From Candidatus Woesearchaeota archaeon (GTDB lineage: Archaea > Nanobdellota > Nanobdellia > SCGC-AAA011-G17 > JACPIM01), in contig JBDRGP010000024.1 in the NCBI GenBank assembly GCA_043817645.1, positions 412 through 64,411 of the forward strand: DNA of 64,000 bases, read 5' to 3'. This document shows, one piece after another, positions 7,959 through 14,533 of this stretch. Under the pieces are notes generated by a model that had not been told where the DNA came from, did not search any database, and was given only the letters and a program-made list of their open reading frames with translations. Within the stretch, counting starts at the first letter, position 1. The number at the start of each line of letters is the position of its first letter. The position numbers were made by a program, and so were the translations under genes.

Positions 7959-8459
7959 ATGGTTAATCTATATATGAAATTTCGTGATTGGAATGAATTT
8001 CAGGATAGTAGACCTGGGGTTCCCGGAGGATTACTTCAACTTGGTTTGGAGTTAGAAGTTTGTCAGAGTGATCCTGCTTTGGGTCTTGCGCTACTTCGTT
8101 TTGAAAGAGATTCTCTTAATGCTATGCGTGTTCTTTCGATGTTGGGAAATAGGTTTATTTTTGGTGGATATGTTCATAGAAATGATATTCCTTATTTTGA
8201 CTTTTATGGTCTTAAAAGATTTCCGAAAGGCGCGCTCTTGATTGATGGGGATGTTGGTGACTTTAATGTTCCTATAGGTAAGGAGGATTATGATCTTTTT
8301 TCTATTTGTGAATCTCCTGGCCATTGTTTAATAAGAAGATTGGTAAATACGCTTGATGAGTCATTAGGTAGTGACTCTGGAAACTGGTTAGTGAGGGATA
8401 ATAAGAAAGGTCATTTATTTAGGCGTGAATGTTTAAAATGTTCAGGAAGAGTTAAATAG
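7959..8459 (+). CDS. hypothetical protein (GC-richer than surroundings)
   Basis: 166-aa ORF. No recognised motif. Local GC is elevated. Preceded by a 17-bp tandem duplication. Confidence 0.35.
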   Translation: MVNLYMKFRDWNEFQDSRPGVPGGLLQLGLELEVCQSDPALGLALLRFERDSLNAMRVLSMLGNRFIFGGYVHRNDIPYFDFYGLKRFPKGALLIDGDVGDFNVPIGKEDYDLFSICESPGHCLIRRLVNTLDESLGSDSGNWLVRDNKKGHLFRRECLKCSGRVK

Positions 8460-8479
8460 TAGTTTGGTCTTTTATTAAA

Positions 8480-8716
8480 ATGGGGCGAGGTATGCTACAT
8501 AAGTTATTATTGGTTTTGATTGTAATTATTACGTTGCTTTCATTAGTCACTGTAGTAACTTTATTTGGGCTTTCTGTTACTGGAAGTACTGTTAAGAGCT
8601 TAGATAGTTCTGTGATTACCTTGTCTTTTGTTATTGGAGAGCTGATTATAATTGCTTTGATTGCTTTGATTGTTGGTTTAATTAGGTTTAGAAGGAGGGA
8701 TAGGGGGCTGGTTTAG
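8480..8716 (+). CDS. small membrane protein
   Basis: Two hydrophobic helices with a basic RFRRRDR tail. Confidence 0.3.
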   Translation: MGRGMLHKLLLVLIVIITLLSLVTVVTLFGLSVTGSTVKSLDSSVITLSFVIGELIIIALIALIVGLIRFRRRDRGLV

Positions 8717-8955
8717 TTCCCCTTTATTCCTAGAATTTCTTTTATTTTTTCTCTGTCAAAACCTGTGTATACTTTATCATCTACTTTTAGTACAGGGGTG
8801 TTGGTCTGACCTGATATTTCAAAAAGCTCTTTTTGTCTTTCTAGGTTTCTTGATACTTCTACGAATTCGCATTCTACTCTGTGGTACATTAGTAGGTTTT
8901 TAACCATATCAGAATAAGGATCCCCTGTTTTTGTGTATAATTTTATTTTTGGCAT
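8713..8955 (-). CDS. glutaredoxin/thioredoxin-fold protein with active-site Cys pair replaced (GDPYSD instead of CPYC)
   Basis: KIKLYTKTGDPYSDMVKNLL…TPVLKVDDKVYTGFD matches the glutaredoxin layout but lacks both redox cysteines. Confidence 0.45.
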   Translation of the reverse strand: MPKIKLYTKTGDPYSDMVKNLLMYHRVECEFVEVSRNLERQKELFEISGQTNTPVLKVDDKVYTGFDREKIKEILGIKGN

Positions 8956-8956
8956 T

Positions 8957-9685
8957 TTATTCTGTGTGTTGTTTCCACATCTCGACTGCTTGTCTTCTTG
9001 TTTCTGGTATTGAGACTCCTACATCTAGGTATTTTACTTCTGAGCCTTTTGAGGTCAATAGGTTTTTAAGCCATTCGGATTCATATAACGGTTTTATTTT
9101 TTTTTGGAATTCCAGATTTTCAAATTCACATTTATCTTTTTTGAATCTGCCTGATAATCTTTTGATGACTTCTTCTACGTTATGGATTGTTGGGATGATT
9201 AATAAAGAAGGCGGGTTATCTAATTGAAATCTATTTCCTTCTATTTGCATTATCTCTTCTGGTGTTAGTGAGATATTCTGTTCTTTGGCTTGGACCTGTT
9301 GGTAAACTAATGATGAGACTACAGATCTGCTTTGCAGGATTTTTATTCCTTTTTCTAGTGCTGGTAAAATAACTCTTTTCATTAGTATTAGTCTATCTAG
9401 TGCAAATGAATGTGCTGTGGATAGTGCTGAGTATATCCTTTTGTTGTCTGCTGTTATTTCTCCTCTAATTGATGCACCAATCCAAGCTCTTGTTGGTTCT
9501 GCTGAAATAAGCATATTGTAATCTTCTAATTCGTGAATCTCGGGATGTCTATGGTGTTCTTTCCAGAAGTCTTTTAGGTCTAGAATCTTTGTCCCTTTCT
9601 GTTCTTCATATTCTTTGATAGCTAACTCTATTTCTCCCTTTCCAATTCCGTCTAGACCGTCTATTACGACGAATGTTCCTCTCAT
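8957..9685 (-). CDS. tmk: thymidylate kinase-like P-loop nucleotide kinase
   Basis: FVVIDGLDGIGKGE P-loop in the Tmk position with a DRLILMK region. The lysine/threonine of the canonical GKS/T is altered (GKGE), so the assignment is tentative. Confidence 0.45.
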   Translation of the reverse strand: MRGTFVVIDGLDGIGKGEIELAIKEYEEQKGTKILDLKDFWKEHHRHPEIHELEDYNMLISAEPTRAWIGASIRGEITADNKRIYSALSTAHSFALDRLILMKRVILPALEKGIKILQSRSVVSSLVYQQVQAKEQNISLTPEEIMQIEGNRFQLDNPPSLLIIPTIHNVEEVIKRLSGRFKKDKCEFENLEFQKKIKPLYESEWLKNLLTSKGSEVKYLDVGVSIPETRRQAVEMWKQHTE

Positions 9686-11121
9686 TTTAGTTCTAATGAT
9701 ATATCTTGGGTGTATTTTAACCCGTTTTTTAATGCAATTTCTGCTTTTTGTAGTTCTGCTCCTATGTCCAAAGCGTGACCTATTTCTGAAATTACCTGAG
9801 CGTGAGCTAATTTGGCTATAATTTTCATTGTTGCGTCATCTTCATAAACCTTGATCGGGTTACCTGATAGGTCTTTATGGGTGACTCTTATTTTGCTATC
9901 TATTATTTCTATTCTAAAGTTTCCTTTTGGATCGAATCTCAGAGTGTAAGATTGTCTATATCTTTCTGTTATTTCTTTAGCGTCTGGCCAATTTTTTTCA
10001 TATAAGTGTGCTGAGCCTGAGATTATGGTTAGTGTGCCTAGTTTTAAGGGTGTTTCTTTTGAGATTTCTTTTACTATTATTCCCTGCAATTTTCTTAATG
10101 CTAGTGCATTTCTTGGCCAGGCTTCATACATGTCATTGCTTCTGATGTATGTAGTTAAATGTAGGATATCATCTTGCACTAATGGATGCACAAAATTTAT
10201 GCAGGGTGGTTCGTCTCCTCCAGAATCTTTATCATAATCCCATGTAAAGGCGATTGCTCTTCTTTGGTAAGGTTTTTTTCTTAACGTATCAATGATTTTT
10301 TGAATTTGATCTACTTTGCTTCCATCTTTTAGCTCTGCTTCTCTTAATCTTTGACCGTATGTGTAAGTTACGTCTGGAATTTTTTTACTGGTTGTTACTT
10401 GAGGAATATAGTCTTCTAGTTCTTCTTTTGTGAACTGAAAGTATTCTTCCCATTTTGGGTTGTTAGGATCTTCTTCTTCGATAACAACACTGAGGTTGAT
10501 TAATTCTTTTTGATCCCCGCCATAAGAAGCTTTTTTTACTGTACCGAACCTCATAATATTGTGCAGGAGTTCCAACCAGGCTTTTCCAACTGTTTTTTCT
10601 CTTATTTTGTGAATGCTGGGATCTGTTGGATATTTCTCTGGAGCTTCTATTTTGTTTTCTGGAAAAATTTCTGGAGAGCCATAACTCTCTTTTTTTTCTA
10701 AAGATTTTATTTTTTCAATTACTTCTTCTGATTGTTTTTCTCTCATGTCAATTATCTCAATGTTCTTTCTGAAATTTTCAATTGCTTCTTTTGGAATTTC
10801 TTTATGAATCCTTGCGATTTTTATTCCTTTGATATTATGGTTTTCGTCAATGCCCTTCTCTTTTAGTGTTAGGAGAGATCCTGCTGATTTTGAAAGGTCT
10901 TGACCTATGAGAATTAAATACCTAATGTTTTTATTTGATAAACAATTTCTGATTAAGAAACTTATGCCTCCGTTGAAATAAAGTTGGCCTGCTGCAGCGT
11001 ATAATGAAGGGTCTATTTTTGAAGTAATTACGTTTCTTGGACTCCAGAGTGTTACTATGCCAATATTAGACTCTAAGTTTCCTACAAGAATATTTTCTTT
11101 TTCATAAATAGGCCAATCCAA
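9682..11121 (-). CDS. thyA: thymidylate synthase (ThyA-family) core fused to an N-terminal MtrA-like domain and a C-terminal DUF4346-like domain
   Basis: ThyA motifs RRAIAFTWD, PPCINFVH (catalytic Cys), YIRSNDMYEAWPRNALAL and SGSAHLYEKN. N-terminus DWPIYEKENILVGNLESNIGIVTLWS…NKNIRYLILIGQD resembles the MtrA WP…G.Y / NPNIRFLILCG fold. Confidence 0.6.
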   Translation of the reverse strand: MDWPIYEKENILVGNLESNIGIVTLWSPRNVITSKIDPSLYAAAGQLYFNGGISFLIRNCLSNKNIRYLILIGQDLSKSAGSLLTLKEKGIDENHNIKGIKIARIHKEIPKEAIENFRKNIEIIDMREKQSEEVIEKIKSLEKKESYGSPEIFPENKIEAPEKYPTDPSIHKIREKTVGKAWLELLHNIMRFGTVKKASYGGDQKELINLSVVIEEEDPNNPKWEEYFQFTKEELEDYIPQVTTSKKIPDVTYTYGQRLREAELKDGSKVDQIQKIIDTLRKKPYQRRAIAFTWDYDKDSGGDEPPCINFVHPLVQDDILHLTTYIRSNDMYEAWPRNALALRKLQGIIVKEISKETPLKLGTLTIISGSAHLYEKNWPDAKEITERYRQSYTLRFDPKGNFRIEIIDSKIRVTHKDLSGNPIKVYEDDATMKIIAKLAHAQVISEIGHALDIGAELQKAEIALKNGLKYTQDISLELK

Positions 11122-11197
11122 AAAACCGCCCCCTTTTAATTAGTGAGATTTAAGATTTGTTTATATAAATATCTGTGGGGAAAAATGAATTTTAGGA

Positions 11198-11623
11198 CTA
11201 TTTGATGCCTGTATGTCCCAGGCCGCCTTTCCTATCGGTCTCTTCTAGTTTTTTTGTTTCTTCTATTTCTGCTTTTAAATAGGGTTGAATGATCATTTGG
11301 GCTATCCTGTCATTTTTGTTTATTTTGAAGGGTTCTTCTCCTAAGTTTTTTAGGATGATTTTGACTTCTTCTCTGTATCCTGCGTCTAAAACTCCTCCTA
11401 AGACTGTTATATCTTTTTTTGCTGCCAGACCGGATCTGTCCCATATTAAGCCTACATGATTTTTTGGGATTGCTACCTTTATCCCGGTTTTTATGACTTC
11501 TTTTTTTCCCGCTTCTATTGTTTTTTCTTCTGCGGATCTTAGATCGAATGCTGCATCGTCCTCATGAATGTAACCTGGTAGAGAGATTTCGGGATCTAAT
11601 CTTTGAATTCTGACTTTATTCAT
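11198..11623 (-). CDS. dut: dUTP diphosphatase
   Basis: 141 aa with the dUTPase motifs PGYIHEDDAAFDLRS, GLIWDRSGLA, GVLDAGYRGE and RIAQMII. Confidence 0.7.
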   Translation of the reverse strand: MNKVRIQRLDPEISLPGYIHEDDAAFDLRSAEEKTIEAGKKEVIKTGIKVAIPKNHVGLIWDRSGLAAKKDITVLGGVLDAGYREEVKIILKNLGEEPFKINKNDRIAQMIIQPYLKAEIEETKKLEETDRKGGLGHTGIK

Positions 11624-11638
11624 TTTTTATTTGGTTAC

Positions 11639-12049
11639 TTAAGGTTGGTCTTTTATGATTTTTAAAATAATTCTTCTTTGTTTTGGTCCATCTAACTCTA
11701 CCAGCATTGGAGATTGCCAGGTTCCTAGTTGTAATTGATTGTTTTTAATTGGAATTGTTTCTGAAGGACCTAAAATAGCTGCTTTTATGTGTGCTGCTCC
11801 GTTATTATCTATTCTGTCATGTTTCCAGACTCCTTGTGGAATCAATTTGTCTAGAGCTTTTAGAAAATCGTCTGGAATGTTTGGGTCTGCGTTTTCATTT
11901 ATTATTATTGTTGCTGTGGCGTGCGGTACGAAAATATGGAGAATTCCTTCTACTACATTGGAGTTTTTTATTATTTCTTCTAGTTCATGTGAGATGTCTA
12001 CGCACTCTTCTTTTTTAGAGGTTTTTATTGTGAACTCCATTAAGTTCAA
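11639..12049 (-). CDS. YjbQ/UPF0047 family protein (secondary thiamine-phosphate synthase-like)
   Basis: ILHIFVPHATATIIINENADP and RIDNNGAAHIKAAILGPSETIP are typical YjbQ motifs. Confidence 0.55.
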   Translation of the reverse strand: MNLMEFTIKTSKKEECVDISHELEEIIKNSNVVEGILHIFVPHATATIIINENADPNIPDDFLKALDKLIPQGVWKHDRIDNNGAAHIKAAILGPSETIPIKNNQLQLGTWQSPMLVELDGPKQRRIILKIIKDQP

Positions 12050-12059
12050 ATAGGTCCTA

Positions 12060-12071
12060 GAGGCTTATAAA
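12060..12071 (+). promoter_or_regulatory. putative TATA element (ggCTTATAAAcc) for the 12116 gene
   Basis: ~45 nt upstream of the ATG. Confidence 0.3.
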
Positions 12072-12115
12072 CCTATTCCAAAAGCCTTTTAAATTAGAAA
12101 ACTTAGTAAATTGTT

Positions 12116-12403
12116 ATGGATAAAGTGAGTAAAGAAAAATTAGATAAATACTTCTCGGTTACTCGTAATGCTTTGGATGAGGCTAGGGAATCTCCTGAAA
12201 ATGTTGAGATTAATGATTCTACAAGGAAGCATTTTATAGATACGGTTGAGAGATATCTGAAGGATGCTAAGCATTTTGAAGAAAAAGGTGATTTGGTTAA
12301 TGCTTTTGCTGCTTTGAACTATGCTCATGGATGGTTGGATGCTGGGGCTAAATTGGGTGTTTTTGATGTGAATAACCCTAAGTTGTTTGCTGGTGTTGAT
12401 TAA
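12116..12403 (+). CDS. small conserved archaeal protein (DUF357-like), function unknown
   Basis: 95-aa helical protein with an NAFAALNYAHGWLDAG motif. Confidence 0.4.
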   Translation: MDKVSKEKLDKYFSVTRNALDEARESPENVEINDSTRKHFIDTVERYLKDAKHFEEKGDLVNAFAALNYAHGWLDAGAKLGVFDVNNPKLFAGVD

Positions 12404-12515
12404 GGGTTTGAAATTATTAAACAAAGAAAAAAATTTGTTTATAGTAATATTTCTTAAGGAGTAGTTTGATCGGATAGGTCTATTGTTAAAAATCCTCTTT
12501 TTTGTAAGACATGTT

Positions 12516-12722
12516 TTAAAGCGTCCTTACCTTCCTCTGAAGTGTTCCTTCTTCTTTGTGGAATGGGTATTTCTTGCGCGAATGAGCGCCGCTGCTCCCG
12601 CAGGACAATACTATTGTTTTATCGCTTATCTCTGCTCCAAGACCCATCCGTGCACCAAATCCACTAACTCTCGTTTTGTACTGTTGGGCTACTCTATCAA
12701 CTTTTTCTAAATATCCTGTCAT
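12516..12722 (-). CDS. small hypothetical protein in a locally GC-rich segment
   Basis: MTGYLEKVDRVAQQYKTRVSGFGARMGLGAEISDKTIVLSCGSSG. The GC-rich island could alternatively be a structured RNA. Confidence 0.3.
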   Translation of the reverse strand: MTGYLEKVDRVAQQYKTRVSGFGARMGLGAEISDKTIVLSCGSSGAHSRKKYPFHKEEGTLQRKVRTL

Positions 12723-12815
12723 TTTTTGCCCCCGTATATATCCCATATATAATATATTGTTAGATTGATTTTTTGAAGGATTGGTTTATAAAGTTTTTGT
12801 TCTTATTTTTAATTT

Positions 12816-13280
12816 ATGATTTTGGTAGTTACAGGCAGTGCTGGAGTGGGAAAGACTAGGGTAGCTAGGGCTCTGGCTAAGAAATATGAGTTGAAGTATA
12901 TTGATGTGAATGCTCTTATTAAGAAGAACAAATTATATGATTCTTATGATAGGAAATTTAAGAGTTATGTGGTTGATGTTGGGAAATTAAAAAAGTTTTT
13001 AGTTGATTTAGTAAAGAAAAATAAAAATCTTGTTTTGGATTCTCATTTAAGCCAGTATTTAGATAAAAAGTATGTTGATTTGTGCGTTATTGTGAAATGC
13101 GATATCAAGGTTTTGAAAAAAAGGTTGGAGAAAAGGAGGTATAGCGAGAATAAGATTAGAGAGAATTTAGATGCAGAGATATTTGATACTTGTTTGGTTG
13201 AAGCTACTGAGTTAGGTCATAAGGTTAAGGTAATTAATACTAGTAAAGGATTTAAGTTAGAAAAATTAGGCAGGAATTAA
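12816..13280 (+). CDS. Fap7/adenylate kinase 6-like NTPase
   Basis: MILVVTGSAGVGKTRVA P-loop at the N-terminus. Size and layout match archaeal Fap7 (AK6). Confidence 0.6.
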   Translation: MILVVTGSAGVGKTRVARALAKKYELKYIDVNALIKKNKLYDSYDRKFKSYVVDVGKLKKFLVDLVKKNKNLVLDSHLSQYLDKKYVDLCVIVKCDIKVLKKRLEKRRYSENKIRENLDAEIFDTCLVEATELGHKVKVINTSKGFKLEKLGRN

Positions 13281-13589
13281 AATCTCTTCCTCTTTGGTTA
13301 ATTTATTAACTTCAGAATCAACAACAGACCAATAATAATTAATGAATTTCTCTACTTGTGGGTTTTCTCTATTTAGTTTATACATTTTGGCTTTTCCTAC
13401 ATCTCTTGTATGTACTACTATCTGCCTTACAACGAATTCTTTCCAGATTTCTTTTAGGGCAGTGTAACTAACTTCTGAAAATTTGGCAATATCTTTCATT
13501 GAATAGTCAAATTCAGAATGAAGTATTAAAAAAGTCCATATTCTGTTTTTTACGGTATTTCCTTCTAATTTTAAAAAAGTTGATGCCAT
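13266..13589 (-). CDS. winged-helix transcriptional regulator (paralog of 57747..58073)
   Basis: FLILHSEFDYSMKDIAKFSEVSYTAL…HTRDVGKAKMYKLN aligns with LIEGRDFDYTLTDIAENAGVSWGTL…KTRDIGRAKLYKIN. A TATA box lies at ~13611-13619 on the minus strand (leaderless). Confidence 0.5.
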   Translation of the reverse strand: MASTFLKLEGNTVKNRIWTFLILHSEFDYSMKDIAKFSEVSYTALKEIWKEFVVRQIVVHTRDVGKAKMYKLNRENPQVEKFINYYWSVVDSEVNKLTKEEEILIPA

Positions 13590-13674
13590 ATGTTTTATAA
13601 GAAAATGTTAGTATATAAAGGTTTCTTTTTTGTCCTTTAAGGGTCAGAATAATGGCTCAATATTTATATAGTTA

Positions 13675-14019
13675 ATGGGACTTTTGTTGTTTATGGCGCA
13701 GGTAAAAAGGAGTGAATATATCAAATTAAGCAGAACTTTAATTAGGAAGCTCTATGATGAAACTTGTTTTGGTAAAGGTTCTTTGTACTTTGATAATCTA
13801 AAAAAAGGAATTCCTCCTGAATACGTGGGAAAAGTAGAAAGTGTGCTTAATGCTTTAGTTAAACAGGGGATTTGTGGGAGAAAAAGGAAAGAGCACGGTT
13901 GGAAATATTTTTTAAATATTAAGAGACTTGATAAAATAAAAGAAATAATTAAAGAAAAAGGAGATAAATCAGTAATTCCTATTTTGTCGATATTATTAGA
14001 GGTTGGTGAAAATGATTGA
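13675..14019 (+). CDS. hypothetical protein
   Basis: ORF only. Start may be at the internal MAQVKR. Confidence 0.3.
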   Translation: MGLLLFMAQVKRSEYIKLSRTLIRKLYDETCFGKGSLYFDNLKKGIPPEYVGKVESVLNALVKQGICGRKRKEHGWKYFLNIKRLDKIKEIIKEKGDKSVIPILSILLEVGEND

Positions 14020-14494
14020 CCTAATTGGTTTTGAGTATACTGAAAAAGATAAGTGGGGTTTTTCTAATTTTTTTAGTTTTAAGGACTTTAAGATTGTTAT
14101 TGGCGGTGATGATGGTAAAAATAGAAAGGCTGTTGAGAACAAGAATGTTGATATTCTGATGGGTCTTGAGAATAAATCTGAAAGAGATTTTATGCACTCT
14201 AGAAATTCTGGTTTGAATCAAGTGCTTTGTAACTTAGCTAAGAAAAATGGTGTTGGTATTGGCTTTTGTTTTAGGGATGTTTTGAAAAGTAAGAATAGAG
14301 GTTTGATTTTGGGTAGGATGATGCAGAATGTTAAATTGTGTAGGAAATATAAGGTTAAAATGATGGTTTTTTCTGGTGCCAAGGATGAAAATGAGCTAAA
14401 ATCTGCTAGAGATATTATGAGTTTTGGTATTGTTTTGGGAATGACTGCTGGAGAAGCTAAAAAGGCACTTAGTTTAGAGAAAAGAAAAGGTTAA
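14003..14494 (+). CDS. possible RNase P protein subunit Rpp30-like (Rnp3)
   Basis: Weak similarity pattern (VDIL…GL…LAKKNGVGIGFCF…KVKMMVFSGAKDENEL). Positioned in the Pop5/PsmA/exosome superoperon context. Confidence 0.35.
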   Translation: MVKMIDLIGFEYTEKDKWGFSNFFSFKDFKIVIGGDDGKNRKAVENKNVDILMGLENKSERDFMHSRNSGLNQVLCNLAKKNGVGIGFCFRDVLKSKNRGLILGRMMQNVKLCRKYKVKMMVFSGAKDENELKSARDIMSFGIVLGMTAGEAKKALSLEKRKG

Positions 14495-14533
14495 ATAGTA
14501 AATTGTTTGTATTATCATAGAAAAGTGGTGATT

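Noticed and set aside
12483-12710. 75-aa plus-strand ORF in GC-rich island
   Set aside because: Less plausible than the minus-strand frame; Cys/Phe-rich with no start context.
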